Shown here one piece after another: positions 23,649-37,826 of a stretch of DNA of 64,000 bases. A program made the translations under genes and the position numbers. The stretch is from positions 39,494,001 to 39,558,000 of the forward strand of contig NC_073382.1 in the NCBI RefSeq assembly GCF_028641065.1, read 5' to 3'. This stretch comes from Leucoraja erinacea. Lineage: Eukaryota. How positions within the stretch are numbered: position 1 is the stretch's first letter; every line of letters starts with the position of its first letter. The notes below the pieces were generated by a model, which had not been told where the DNA came from, ran no database searches, and saw only the letters and a list, made by a program, of their open reading frames with translations.

Positions 23649-25408
23649 AACATGATTCTAAAAAGAATGGCTTTTCTATAAAAAATAGAGAAAGACAAAT
23701 ACCAAAGGAAATTACAGAGAACAAAATTGGCAAAGGCAGGTGCACATTTAAGACTGTTCCAATATAGTTTAGACTTATCATGAGAAACCATAAAGATGGC
23801 TTTCTTTCATATGGGACTCAATTGGATTTCTGGGTTAAGCTCACACCCACACGAAGAAGGCAATGCACAACCACTGCCCACTACCTGTCAGGCATAATCA
23901 GATACATGAGGCAAACACGCATGCCAAGGTTCAGATACAGACATTCACTCATCACCATACTTGGACAAAGTAGGTTAGATATGCACACTATACACCTATA
24001 CTAGGGTAAAAACGCAGGTCTAGTCAGCACGATGAAGGACAGATCTGAGTTAGCATCAATGGTGTTGAAGCGGAGATGGTTAAGATCTTCAAGTTGTTAT
24101 GTGTAAATATCATCAATGACTTGCAGGAGACTATAATTCTACATTACTATTTCATTCTCAGCCAACAGTGAAGCTTGCTGTGACTAAGAGGCCATGTGAT
24201 GTCTGCGCTGCCACCAATTGCTACCCAAAAAGTAGATTGCGGTTGATCTTTGTAATCCGAGAACTCTGCAGGTATACACGACAAATTGAGATGTGTTACT
24301 GATATTTCTAGCTCATCCTTGGTTACTGTGACAGTGCCATGGCAGAGTGATCTAGATATGGTTAACTTACCACTACTGAGATCATTTAGAAAAACTTTGT
24401 AAATATCTCCTTGGAAAACTTCACCCTTCTCATGCATTGCTCCTCATTCTTCTCATGCACTGAGCCCCTGCTCCTCATAGAGTCTGACGTAATTAGTTCT
24501 CCTAGCTAAACACCTTCCCCTCATCCTCTGATTGCTAATTTGGCCTAGTCTCCAAGTCCTTTCCAACTTGGAATTCCTGTGGAAGGGTCATTAATAACTT
24601 TATTCCTCCCTCTAAAAGAAAGCCCTTGACCATAACCACATCACGCTTTGATACCTGAAATGTGTTTTACCTCCAACCATATCCTCAGTGTTGGCCCGTC
24701 AATCCAACAAAATTGCAACTTAATCAACAACATCCCACAGGCCATCGAGAGTCCCTGTCAAACACACTTGGAGGATTCTATCCACTGCTAAATACCAGGT
24801 TATCACACATATTTAATTCACCAGGTGCGTGATAAACTGCTAAATACCAGGTTATCACGCACTTCACAACCAAAACCAAATCAAAAGTGTAAAACCAAAA
24901 TAGTTTGTGCCACTTTTGTAGTCTTATTCGTGTAGTACTTACAAAGTTGTTAAAACTCTGGCACCAGACTGCTGCATTTTAGTTGGTTAGAATAGGCCAA
25001 ACCAGTGTTTCAGTGCTAATTTTTTAGGTGCCGGAGCTGTCAGACAGGGGCGTAATTTTATGTTTTGTTTTTGGGTGGGGGGGATGCTAGTCTCCCAATG
25101 GGGTCAACCAATATTATAGCCTATTACTACATCTCAGTGTATAACTAGTACAATACAACATATAATAATTTAATGATATGACAATATATTGCACAGTTGC
25201 ACTCACTAATTAACATGATATATAATTATCAAGCAAGTAAAGAAAACAGATGGTAATATTGTATTTTTACAGAGGTGCTGGCCCAACACCAACTCGTCCT
25301 GTTCTCCCGCAGCTCTGGGCCTTCACACTCGCACACACACTCACACACACTGTTACCCACGCACACCCACTCACACTCACACACACCCACTAACCCCACT
25401 CACTCACA

Positions 25409-25687
25409 NNNNNNNNNNNNNNNNNNNNNNNNNNNNNNNNNNNNNNNNNNNNNNNNNNNNNNNNNNNNNNNNNNNNNNNNNNNNNNNNNNNNNNNNNNNN
25501 NNNNNNNNNNNNNNNNNNNNNNNNNNNNNNNNNNNNNNNNNNNNNNNNNNNNNNNNNNNNNNNNNNNNNNNNNNNNNNNNNNNNNNNNNNNNNNNNNNNN
25601 NNNNNNNNNNNNNNNNNNNNNNNNNNNNNNNNNNNNNNNNNNNNNNNNNNNNNNNNNNNNNNNNNNNNNNNNNNNNNNNNNNNNNNN
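25409..25687. other. Assembly gap (N) within a (CACT)n/(CA)n microsatellite
   Basis: Run of n flanked by CACT repeats. Confidence 1.
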
Positions 25688-26908
25688 ACTCTCCCACTCA
25701 CTCACTCACTCACTCACCCACTCACCTACTCTCCCACCCACCCACTCACTCACTCACATCTGCAATGGACCACAACTCTACTTCATTCGATGCCAGATCC
25801 ACAACAAACACTTCCCCGCCTACCTGGACACAAGCTTGCCCACCTCTAGACCGGTCCCTCCACAGACACTCATGACTCGACTGCCTACCCATAGGCTTGG
25901 AGCTCCACAGCTGGACCGCAGCGCCGCCTGTCCAATCACCATGAGGCCGAAAAGGCCACCACAAGGAGCAGCAACAACATCCACCACCTCTCCGACCCTC
26001 ACCGCCTTCCCGACCAAACCCAGGCACGGACCACCGAAACTGCTGCGGCTGCCAACTCTCACCGCCTCCATGGGGCCACCGTGCTGTTGTCGCCGACACA
26101 CCCGCTAGTTAAAATTCTCCGCTGTTTATTTTGGCTTTTTTTTTTAACAGAGGTGAGCTCCGGCAGCACTGCACCCCTGGACATAACAGCCAAATGTGAA
26201 ATGGAAAAACAGAGAGGATATATCGTGGAAATTATTACACTCTGTTCATATATTACATTGTTTGGTAGTTGGTGTGAACTGCCCAAACGTTTTATTTCAT
26301 TTAAAACATTTTATTAGAAAACATCAAAAGCCAAGTTAGAATGTTGAAGTTAAGCCAGATATGCTTTAGGATGAGAAAAAAATAATTAATAGGATCAAAA
26401 TGATGGGGCAAATTGTTAAGGGCAGTTAGTGCGTTATCCTACTACCATAAAAATTGGCTGGACTGGCTGCAGAATTGCCAAATTTCCTCTGCTCAAGCTA
26501 ATGGTTACTTTGTGAGCACCTCTAATTACATAATGTCACATCTAAAGTTGTGTACTCTGTTCAGAAAATCTAACTTCACTGACTATAATCCCTCAGGGCT
26601 GAAAAATGCTTTAACTCATGCTAACAGTTACTCACAAGTATCTTTCAGCTGGACAGAATCTAAATTGAGGAGCTTAATCCTGAATCACTAATAGAATATG
26701 GTCAGTGGCTGATCTACTAACTCGGACAGGAATAAAATACTGAACTTGAACGAATGGTTACTTCAGTTGAACGTCCAAGAGCAATTCAATTTAAACAGTT
26801 CAATGTCCTGTACATTTCCTTTTGCTGATAATGTAATTTTCCAGCAAAGGTGCAAAAATAGTTTTTCACTTTCCGTTAGTTCTCCACACAGTTGTTAAAA
26901 AACAAAGT

Positions 26909-27698
26909 AATCATCATAATCATAATAATCATAATCATATTTTATTAGCCAAGTATGTTTTACAACATATTAGGAATTTGATTTGCCATACCATTAATAG
27001 CAACAAAACACACAAAATACATTTAACATGAACATCCACAACAGTGACTCCTCCACATTCCTCACTATGATGGAAGCCGAACAAAAAAGTTCAATCTCTT
27101 CCCTTCATTGTTTTCCTGCGGTCGGGGGCCTCAAGCCTTCCGTTGACGGGACGATCTTGACTCCTGTAGCTGGCGGCGGGGCGATCAAGCTTCTGCATCG
27201 GGGGGATGTCAGGTCGCTGTGCCAGGCGATCTGACTCCGGGTTGGGGCTGGTCGAAACCTTCTGCGACTTTGGAGCACCCGACGGTGTCAATCCGAGACT
27301 GTGAGCTCCTGGATGTTAAAATCCGCAGGCCACTGTTGGAGCATCAATCCCAGGCAAGGAATCAGCTCCGACGATAAGTCCACGCCCCGGGGTGGGGCTC
27401 AAAGTCGGTCTCGAGCAAGGCCTGCAGTTCCATAATGTTAGGCCACAGAGCGACCAGAGATACAACCCAGAAAACAATTGCATCTCCGGCAAGTTAAGAG
27501 ATTGAAAAAAAAGTTTCCCCCTCCCCCTCCTCCCTCCCCCTTCCCCCCTCCTCCCCCCACTCCTCCCTCCCCCACCCCACCACATAAAACAAACCAGAGA
27601 ACATTAACACAAACTTTTAAAACACATTAAAAATAAAAAAAACAACTAAAAGACAGACAGACTGTTGGTGAGGGTGTCATCACGGCGCCACCCGGTGG
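26909..27698 (-). mobile_element. Non-autonomous retroposon with a GC-rich body and Rex1-like 3' tail
   Basis: (ATGATT)n tail after AATAAA on the minus strand; segment CTTCCATCATAGTGAGGA..GCTG/CTGTTGTGGATG shared with 55560-56266. Confidence 0.55.
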
Positions 27699-27934
27699 AC
27701 AAAAATAACAAACACAGGAAAACAAATACTGCCGTTCTGAAGGAAGTACTTTTATGATATTACTAATACAAGATCCAGCTATTTGATACCACAAATGAGG
27801 AAAATAAAGGATATGAGTTAATTTCCTTTTAGCAATTACAACCTCGCAAGCTATTGTACGTTGACGTTATATGCTCCTTATGTGAGATAGGGGAGGGCAG
27901 AATGATGTGAATCATAGAACTGTACAGCACAGAA

Positions 27935-28160
27935 ATGTTTCCCTGCCACAGAGGGCAGTGGAGGCCAAATCACTGGATGGATTTAAGAGATAGTTAGATA
28001 GAGCTCTAGGGGCTAGTGGAATCAAGGGATATGGGGAGAAGGCAGGCACGGGTAATTGATTGTGGACGATCAGCCATGAACACAATGAATGGCGGTGCTG
28101 GCTCGAAGGGCCGAACGGCCTCCTCCTGCACCTATTTTCTTTGTTTCTATGTTTCTATGA
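27935..28160 (+). mobile_element. CR1 3' tail
   Basis: CTGCCACAGAGGGCAGTGGAGGCC...GATCAGCCATGA...TTTCTATGTTTCTATG. Confidence 0.9.
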
Positions 28161-28257
28161 CCCAAGATGGACACAATTGGAGGAGGTGGGAGGAATCGAA
28201 GGGGAAGTTGTTAAGAGTAAGGACCAGCTCTGCTAAGTGGTAGAGAACGTTGGAATG

Positions 28258-28681
28258 TCGGCTTGTACACACTAGAATTTAGAAGATTGAGGGGGGATCT
28301 TATAGAAACTTACAAAATTCCTAAGCGGTTGGACAGGCTAGATGCAGGAAGATTATTCCCGGTTGGGGAAGTCCAGAACTAGGGGTCACAGTTTAGGGAT
28401 AAGAGGGAAGTCTTTTAGTACCGAGATGAGAAAATCATTTTTTACACAGAGAGTGGTGAATCTGTGGAATTCTCTGCCACGGAAGGTAGTTGAGGCCTGT
28501 TCATTGGCTATATTTAAGAGGGAGTTAGATGTGGCCCTTGGGGCTAAAGGGATCAGGGGGTATGTAGAGAAGGCACGGATAGGATATTGAGTTGGATGAT
28601 CAGCCATGATCATATCGAATGCGGTGCAGGCTCGAAGGGCCGACTGGCCTACTCCTGCACCTATTTTCTATGTTTCTATGT
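28258..28681 (+). mobile_element. CR1 3' fragment (young subfamily)
   Basis: Near-identical to 17440-17868. Confidence 0.92.
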
Positions 28682-28989
28682 AGAGCGAAATGTTGTTTAC
28701 AATTATGGCTATCATTTGAATTAAATGGTTGGTTTTAATTATCGCAAGTCAGTAACATTAAGTATTACATTCACATTCTTTGAAGGATTATCTATTGTTG
28801 GAGATTTTTTTAATTGTTAATTTTTACTTTTTATTTTTGTTATGTGTTTCATCACAAAGCCATGGTCCCCTCTGTGTCATATTCAGGATGCAGTACTGTT
28901 GAAAACGTCAGTTCAGGAAATTGATTTTCCATTTAATAGGCAGTTAGTGCCAACCCAGTCGGGGAACTGCAAAATAAAAGTCACAGATT

Positions 28990-30428
28990 GGAAGGATTTG
29001 ACTCTGCCGTAGCGGGCGTGCTGGAGTAGTTGATCGATGGACGCTGGTGGCCCCTGGCCTTTTGCAGCAAGCAGCACAGCTCAGCGGAGTGGAAGTACAG
29101 TGCCTTTGACCGTGAGCTCCTTGCATTGTACCTGGCGGTGAGACACTTCCATGTGGCATGGTTTGCATAAATAGGTTGGTCACTGGGCCCGAGCATGCAT
29201 TGCGTACCAGACCTCTAAGATTCAGCGTCACGTCCATGCGCCCGTACAGGATTTTTTCGTGTCTCACCAGTGGTTTGATCACATTCATGTGGGTAACGTA
29301 TGTCCGCTGTCCCCCGTCCCGGGGTGTCACTCATATCCTTACTGTGGTGGATAATTTCACGTGGTGGCCAGAGGAAGTCCTGATGGCTGATACTTATGCT
29401 GTGACGTGTGCCCATACCCTCGCTGCCCACTGGATCGCCTGTTTTGGTGTGCTGGTGGACATCTCGTCGGACCTCTGAATTGTAGTCAGCTTTGTCCCAC
29501 CTGTTGGGGGCTCAGCTCCATCACACCACGGCCTATCATCCACAATCCAATGATTTGGTAGAGCAGTTTCACTGTCAACTCAAGGCCACTCTGAAGGCAT
29601 GGCACATGGGCCCAGAGTGGATGGACGAGTTTCCGTGGGTTTTGTTTGGGATTCGTACTGCCCCGAAGGAGCACTTGACTTCTTCCTCTGCAGAGTTGAT
29701 TGATGGTGCTCCGCTTACAGTTCCGGGGGATTTCGTTCTGGCGACATGTGGTATGCCGGAGCCGCCCTCGACTGTGTTGGTTCACTGGCAGGAGAAGGTG
29801 AGCACGCTCTTTCCTGTCCCGATGTCTCACCATGCGTTGATTCATTCCCACATTCTGCCTGCTCTCCCGGACAGTCTGTATGTGTTCCTGTGTCATGACG
29901 CTCATCGGACACGGCTGCAGCGGCCGTACGAGGATCGTTTCCGGGTGCTGCGGCATGGACTTACAACTTTTGTTTTGAACATGGGGTGCCAGCGTGAGAC
30001 TGTGTCGGTAGCTCACCTTAAACCAACCATTTGGTCAATAGTCAGCCAGTGCAGGTGGCCCAGCCTCGTCCGTGGTCCCGGCCATTCCCACATTCGTCTA
30101 TGCCAGTTGTATCCCCTGAGGAGTGGGACGTGTATACAAGGTCCGGCCGCCTCATTCGTCTGCTGGTTCATTTTTTGTGCCCCCAGTGCTGGGGGGGGGG
30201 GTCCTGTGGCACCACCTGGTGGTTTGACTACTTACTGAGCAAACCCTTGGCACTAGGACTGTCGGAGTCACGTGACTGTGGTTTGTGGAATAAGTTATCA
30301 CGTGGTTGAAGGGTGTGCCCTGGTATATAGTCAGAACTCTGGGAGAACCCTCCCCTGTCACGTTATGTGCTGTTCTCTGTATTACTTAATAAAGATCACC
30401 TTTGATTCACGACGTGTGGCTTGCTACA
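28990..30428 (+). mobile_element. Gypsy LTR retrotransposon remnant: deleted RNase H, integrase, PPT and 3' LTR (30205-30428)
   Basis: PLAFCSK..AEWKYSAFDRELLALYLAVRHF; ILTVVDNFTWWPE; TTAYHPQSNDLVEQFH; LFGIRTAPKE; LQRPYED.FRVL; G-rich PPT directly before TGTGGCA...TGCTACA; TATA-like motif and AATAAA in the LTR. Confidence 0.92.
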
Positions 30429-30541
30429 GTAGCCTCCTTTTGCTCTGGTATTTTATCTAATTCTTCACCTGTTTAAATTTAAATGTTTTATTTGGAATTG
30501 TCTACTGTATATCGTGTTGTTACTTGCGAGCAAAGCACCAA

Positions 30542-30770
30542 TGTAGCACCACCCGGTGGTGGCTTTGGGTAATCAAACCCTCGTGATTGGTTGGAGGAGT
30601 CTCATGAGCGCGGGTGTTCTATTGGCAGTTTGTTTTTGCTGTAACTGAGAGTAACTGTCAGTAACTGTCCGTCTAGCACCCACACTTATGGAAGCAACAT
30701 TATTTTTGGCTGTCTTATTTGACTCGGGTGACTCATTGTTTGTGTTCTAAAATAAAGAACTTTTAGTACA
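30542..30770 (+). mobile_element. Probable solo Gypsy-type LTR inserted in a retroposon tail
   Basis: TGTAGCACCACCCGGTGGT start resembles the adjacent LTR; AATAAA then ...TACA. The interrupted tail reads GCAAAGCACCA / AAGGCAAATTTC..(AATTC)n. TSD is imperfect. Confidence 0.6.
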
Positions 30771-32831
30771 CCCTAAAGGCAAATTTCTTGTATGTATACA
30801 TATTTGACTAATAAAATGTATCAATTCAATTCAATTCAATATGCAGAAAAATGGGACTTGCATGGCTAAATAATTTGTTTGGCATGAAAAAGGTGTGCTG
30901 AGCTGTTTGTTACATGCTGTAGAAGAAAATATTAATATCCTTTCTTACTTAGTTTTGATTGGACTTGAACAAAGTAACAAAAAGGGTGTTTGGATGTGAC
31001 AATTGGCATCTCTCATTGACCAGGTGTAGAAGAGGTTTGGGGGAATCGGCAATGTAAGATAAGATGTATTACCTCTTGTCTAGGAATGTGTTGAAGGGTG
31101 GATGGTAAATGTAAATATGAAGTAGTAGATGGAGATAAGGAAGCTTATTTTTTCTTAGCAGTGTGTTACAGTAGACGCCCCCCTACCGCTAGTAGTGTAG
31201 ATATGTTGCAGTAAATGGGGGGCGTATGATTGGCTCAGAGAGGGGATGGTGGTGCGATCCACCTAAAAGGTGATAGAATAATGTCCAGATGCCCTTGCAT
31301 TGTGTTTGACGTATAACCATCTGTTGGTGAATAAGATTGACATGAACATAAAGTATGTAACGACTAATGAAATAATTGGTACCCATATAGTAGATAGTAT
31401 ATTTTCACACAGTTGAATCCAACCAAAAACAAAAGTTGTTTACGACACAGTATAACTGTCGGTTAATTCTGCTGTGGTCAGAGAACTGGTGAGCAGTTAA
31501 CTGCCGCCATCTCTTCATGATATCATGCAATATAGTCTCTTGAAGCAAACCTGTAAAGCCTCCGCTTTCCATTTTCCTTTAATTTCCCTCTAAATTAATT
31601 TCTTCCACACATGCTCTGCAACTCTATGACTATGATTCTATGAAATCCAATTTCAAAAAGATATTTAATTTCCTGCTCACAAACTTAATTTCCTATCACA
31701 AATACACACATAAGTACAGATCCATCAGCAGCCCCATGCTTATTGAAACGTCATTTCATTATCAGATAACATGTTAATGATGCAAGGTGATATACTGGAT
31801 ATGGAGGCTGTTTGGGTTAAAGGCGAATAAATGGAAACACTGTCCTGTACAGGTGCAGAAAACCTCCTGGAACCAAATGAGCAACCCGAGCCACAAAAAG
31901 CACTGAGCATAGTCTTGTTTTTGGTTACCTGCTATTTTGTTTTGTATGACTGAAAATATGTAAGAGCCATTTAATAGCACCTGGTAGGTTTACCCACAGG
32001 TACTAGTGATTTTTTTTTTTTTAACTCTGAGCCCAAGACCAAATTTGCTATTATCCAGTATATGGATAGATGAACACATCTGTTTGGGTCTTCATAGATC
32101 TCTAGGCCACTTGCAGTTCAGGATGAACTGTTGGTCTGCAATCTGCATTCAGTATAACTAGTTTAATATGTTATCCTTAACCCGGGAATACTGAGACTAA
32201 TTGCAGCATTTGCTTTGTACATTCAGTTAATTTAATTGGCAACATTTACACCAAGTAATGTGACTACAGCATAGTGTAGGCTTCCTTTTGAGCATGGTTC
32301 CTGGACTTAATTATCATGCTAACATTTGAGCTCCTAATCTAAGTTGACAGTCCAATGTAGTACCAAGAGAATGTAACCACCATTGGTGGTGCTATTTCTT
32401 GTCCTAATCAAATTGATGTCAAAAGTCCTGTGATCCTACTTGAAAAAATGTACTGCAAAAACAAGAAATACCAAGTGGAGTAGAGAGCCTTAAACAATTT
32501 GAGAAAAGGACAAGGCCATATGAAAATATGTGCTGCAAGAACTGCAAAATCTCTCTTTCTGCAAGTTCCCACAGTTTTGCAAAATGTATATATTTTTACA
32601 ATTAATAAAGCAAAGTAATAAAAGAGGAGGGGTGTTGTATTATTGGTTAACGAGGTTGTCACGGCAGTGGACAGAGATGACATTACAGATGGTGAGGCTA
32701 TTTATCAGTGGAGCTGAGGAACAAGAAAGGAATGATCACCTTGTTGGGAGTGTACTACAGGCCCCCAAATAGCCAACAAGAATTAGAAGAGCAAATATGC
32801 CAGGAGACTGCAGGCAGCTGTTGATCTGTTA

Positions 32832-34162
32832 GGGAATTACACACCAGTTAGTCTAACATCGGTAGTGGGGAAACTGCTAGAGTCAGTTATTAAAGATGGG
32901 ATAGCAGCACATTTGGAAAGTGGTGAAATCATTGGACAAAGTCAGCATGGATTTACGAAAGGTAAATCATGTCTGACGAATCTTATAGAATTTTTCGAGG
33001 ATGTAACTAGTAGCGTGGATAGGGGAGAACCAGTGGATGTGGTGTATCTGGACTTCCAGAAGGCTTTCAACAAGGTCCCACATAAGAGATTAGTATACAA
33101 ACTTAAAGCACACGGCATTGGGGGTTCAGTATTGATGTGGATAGAGAACTGGTTGGCAAACAGGAAGCAAAGAGTAGGAATAAACGGGTCCTTTTCACAA
33201 TGGCAGGCAGTGACTAGTGGGGTACCGCAAGGCTCAGTGCTGGGACCCCAGCTATTTACAATATATATTAATGATCTGGATGAGGGAATTGAAGGCAATA
33301 TCTATCTCCAAGTTTGCGGATGACACTAAGCTGGGGGGCAGTGCTAGCTGTGAGGTTATCCATTTTGGTGGCAAAAACGGGAAAGCAGACTATTATCTAA
33401 ACGGTGGCCGATTGGGAAAGGGGGAGATGCAGCGAGACCTGGGTGTCAAGGTACACCAGTCATTGAAGGTAGGCATGCAGGTGCAGCAGGCAGTAAAGAA
33501 AGTGAATGGTATGTTGGCTTTCATAGCAAAAGGATTTGAGTATAGGAGCAGGGAGGTTCTACTGTAGTTGTACAGGGTCTTGGTGAGACCACACCTGGAA
33601 TATTGCGTACAGTTTTGGTCTCCAAATCTGAGGAAGGACATTATTGCCATAGAGGGAGTGCAGAGAAGGTTCACCAGACTGATTCCTGGGATGTCAGGAC
33701 TGTCTTATGAAGAAAGACTGGATAGACTTAGTTTATACTCTCTAGAATTTAGGAGATTGAGAGGGAATCTTATAGAAACTTACAAAATTCTTAAGGGGTT
33801 GGACAGGCTAGATGCAGGAAGATTGTTCCCGATGTTGGGGAAGTCCAGGACAAGGGGTCACAGCTTAAGGATAAGGGGGAAATCCTTTAAAAACCGAGAT
33901 GAGAAGAACTTTTTTCACACACAGAGTGGTGAATCTCTGGAACTCTCTGCCACAGAGGGTAGTTGAGGCCAGTTCATTGGCTATATTTAAGAGGGAGTTA
34001 GATGTGGCCCTTGTGGCTAAGGGGATCAGGGGGTATGGAGAGAAGGCAGGTACGGGATACTGAGTTGGATGATCAGCCATGATCATATTGAATGGCGGTG
34101 TAGGCTCGAAGGGCCGAATGGCCTACTCCTGCACCTAATTTCTATGTTTCCATGTTTCTATG
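32832..34162 (+). mobile_element. Young CR1 LINE, 5'-truncated RT with an internal deletion
   Basis: [39 protein letters not shown]; TTTCTATG tail. Confidence 0.95.
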
Positions 34163-34165
34163 TTA

Positions 34166-34490
34166 AGGGACTGTCCCACCGAGGCGACCTAATTGGTGAG
34201 TTTAGAAGAGTTCAGGAGAGTTTGAAAAAGTGTCATGTTGAAGACCTCCTTCGACTGTTGAAGACTAGCTTCGATTAGCTTCAACCAGCTTCGGGAAAAT
34301 TGACCACCGAATAGTGGAGAGTGAAGACGACCTCCTTCAAGTTTGGCCTCGAGTATGCGGGGACTACTATCGAACATGAAGGAGAGTTACAAAGACCTGC
34401 TAGGACCTCTTGTCGACCATGCTGTGAGTATGAGGCGAGGGCAAACTGTTCTAAACTTGCCAATTAGGTCACCGCAGTGGGACAGCCTCT
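34166..34490. mobile_element. PIF/Harbinger-type MITE, 325 bp
   Basis: About 45-bp TIRs AGGGACTGTCCCACCGAGGCGACCTAATTGG / CCAATTAGGTCACCGCAGTGGGACAGCCTCT; TTA on both sides. Confidence 0.88.
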
Positions 34491-34761
34491 TTAAGATTGT
34501 CATTGTAGAGGATTTTAACTTTCCCAATATTGACAGGGAATGCCATAATGTGAAACGTTTAGACGGGGTGGAATTTGTCAAATATTTTCAGGAATATTTC
34601 CTCTGGCAATATGCAGAGGGCCCCACACAGGACAGGGCTACATTTGATCTAGTCATGGGAAATTGGGAGGGATAAGTGGATAAAGTGTTTGTGAATGAGC
34701 CTTTGTTATGGATACAGTTAGGTTGGGTCACAAGTGAAAATTCTTGTCCTTTTACTTCCAT

Positions 34762-35135
34762 TCCTCAATTTCATCCAGGGACGACGACAGTCCTTTTAGG
34801 TAAGCCAGAGGTTTACTTGCACCTCCTCTAACCTCATCTACTGTATCTGGTGCTCCCGGTATGGGCTACTGTATAACGGCGAGACCAAGCGTAGACTTGG
34901 CGATGGTTTCGCTGATCACCTATGCTCAATCTGCCTTGTCCTATGTGATCTTCCAGTTGTCAAACATTTTAACTCCCCTTACCATTCTCACACTGACCTT
35001 TCTGTCCTGGACCTCCTCCACTGTCAGAATAGGATCGCACACACATTGGAGGAACAGCACCGCATATTTTGCTTGGGTAGCTTACAACCCAACAGTATGA
35101 ATGTTGAGTTTTCTCATTTCCAAGTAACTCCTGCA
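34762..35135 (+). mobile_element. Penelope-like element, GIY-YIG endonuclease fragment
   Basis: QRFTCTSSNLIYCIWCSRYGLLYNGETKRRLGDGFADHL...LGSLQPNSMNVEFS. Confidence 0.9.
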
Positions 35136-35136
35136 T

Positions 35137-35170
<34 letters not shown>

Positions 35171-37351
35171 CTGCCCCATTTTATTTTTGTTATTAATCTG
35201 CCTTTAAAAGTGATGAAGCAAAATGTGTTACCCACTCAAACGAATGTCTGATGTTGGATAATAGGACTGAGAGTCTAATCAAAATGTTTCTGTCAACCTT
35301 GCAAATTCAAGGGCTGCATGCATTCTCTACAATCCACTGCAGTTCATATCAAGATACTTATGTGCAATCCTATTTACCATATTATGCTCATCAAGTGGAG
35401 TCTATATTTCATTATTCCATTCTGTTGACATAATCACTGCACTACTGACAACATTTCCACAATTACAAACTGCTGCATAAAGCTGAAACAATAAAAATGT
35501 AGATTATATCTATATATCCCTTGATAGTAGGCTTGGAGGTGCAGGTTTTTAGTAAGTGTCTATCTATTGAGCTGTGAAAGTAAAAGTAACAAATTCTGTA
35601 AATCATAGCACCATTCAGTTACACTTGAACTCAGCTGTACATTTAATTTCTAACTGAGCACAACATGCTTTCAAACTGGTAACAGCAGAAAATAGATCAC
35701 AGGTGGCACACATGCCTTGCAGAGTTAACTGTTTTGCTTTGTATACTCCTCAAATGGTGAAATGTCAAGAAGGTGAATACGTGTATTTAATTTGGCTCAA
35801 CAGTGCTAAAACAGAGTAGACAGCATATTGGTTGAGGCAAAATGAATTATATTGTCCATCAAGATGGATGTAGTCTTTACTCAATCAAAACCTGTGATTG
35901 CATTTCCACTGATCGATTGTCTTACAATGGTAAACGAGCAAGCAAGTGCTTGTTTACTTGCCAGTCTAAATGCCTCTTAAATATTACTGCCGTATCACCT
36001 TCCACCCCTCCCCCTCCTTTCCCTGAGTTCATTCCAGGCACATACTACCCTCTATTTTTTTTTTTTAATGGCCTTACAGAATTCTCTTAAACTTTCCCAC
36101 CTCAACATGAAGCTATGCCTTCTAGTATTTCATTAAATGTTTTATTAAACTTCCTGGTCTTATGTCATATATGGTAAAACAATTATATTCTTAAATATTT
36201 CCGCACATTTGCTGTGGACATGGAAATCAAATATAATGGTGTTAAACCCCAAAATACAGCATCCTATTTTTTTATGTTTGATACTTGAAACATTGTAATC
36301 AGTAAACCATATACAGTTTTGGTTGATACTGGATAAAATATCTTAAATATCTTGTTCATTGTCATCAACAGTTTTCGGCTATGGAACGTATCTGACGTAT
36401 TCTGGTCCATGTGTGACTCCTGGTCTACACTACATGTTTGTGTTTGAAAGGAAAGTAAGGATTGACAATAGGACCCATCATACAAAAGACACTTGCGTCC
36501 TCTGAGCAAATATAAAAACAATACACACCAATACATCTGATGGATGTTACTTGCCAAATATTTGAAGAAGTTGGGACATGTTGGCTGGCATGGACAAGTT
36601 GGGCCGAAGGACCTGTTTTCACACTGTATCACTCTCACTCTATCACTCTATGACTACACTTTGTTTTTATATGGGAACTTATGCAACATTGTTGAAAATG
36701 ACTAGGAAAACAAAAGTGAAGGAATATTGTTTATACAGTCTCTATAGCCGATCAGAAAGACCGTGGCCACCTGTCAGAATCCACATACGAAGATTGATTG
36801 GCCTCAGTAAAATTGCGTTATCATCTTTATCAATCCGGTTTTATTAGGTTTCATTGTGCAACTGGAAAAAAACATTGCACAATGCAATATGCTTCTTTTT
36901 TTTTGTGATATATCATGATATTGTATGAAACATCTCTGTACCTGTTTCATCTGCATCAACTGGTTGGATGATTCCAAATCCTGTCCAGTTTCTGCACCAT
37001 CATCTGTCATGTCATGTATGTCGAGGGGGCATTTGAACTGATGCTTCATTCACAACCAAGGTAGGCACAATCTGGCTTCTGGGCACTCTCATTATGTTCA
37101 CTGATCTGTATAGGAGCAGAATACTAAACATAATGAGTTTGGGGAACCCGACATAATGGTTCTCTTTTCTGATCCAGAAGCATTTTGAAACAAAAAATAA
37201 AATATGGTAGTTAGCATGAACCTCGTCTGCATCTATTCAGGTAATTGTGCAAAACTTTGCAGAAAGAGATAACCGTGCAGTATAAGGAGTTGAAATAATC
37301 CAAGTGGAAAAACAACTGCCGATGCCAGTTTATACAAATGTTTATTTTATT

Positions 37352-37657
37352 TTTAGTTTAGAGATAAAACGCGGATAAAATATTTTTGACCCGCTGAGTC
37401 CGTGTCATCCAGGGATCCCCATACATTAACACTATCCTTCACACACTAGGGATAGTTTACAATTTTACCAAGTCAATTAACCTACAAACCTGTACGTCTT
37501 TGAAGTGCGGGATGAAACTGGAATTCCCGGGGAAAACCCACGCAGGTCACGGGAAGAACGTACAAACTCCGTACAGACTGGCACCCATAGTCAGGATTGA
37601 ATTTGGGTCTCTGAGGCTGTAAGTCAGTAAATCTACTGCTGCACCTCCTTGCCACCC
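37352..37657 (-). mobile_element. tRNA-derived SINE, full length, inside a Penelope-terminal palindrome (37310-37824)
   Basis: Reverse complement of the same head, body and (CTAAA) tail as the split SINE at 12474/18507. Confidence 0.85.
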
Positions 37658-37826
37658 GAGAGATAGATACAAAATGCTGGAGTAACTCAGTGGGTCAGGC
37701 AGTATCTCTGGAGAGAAAGGATAGCTGACATTTCAGTTCAGGTCAGAGTTTGAAGAAGGGTCCCCACCCAAAATAACACCCATCCTTTTTCTGCAGAGAT
37801 GCTGCCTGACTCACTGAGTTACTTTA

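Larger units (their letters stand above)
32600..34735 (+). mobile_element. Old CR1 endonuclease region split by a young CR1 and a MITE
   Basis: GGGV, GVYYRPPNS before 32830; IVIVEDFNFPNID...PTQDRATFDLVMGN after 34494. Confidence 0.75.

Noticed and set aside
25003-26180. Possible hAT-like element (GCCGGAGCT / AGCTCCGGC and CAGGGG / CCCCTG inverted motifs)
   Set aside because: The ends are ambiguous and no 8-bp TSD was found.
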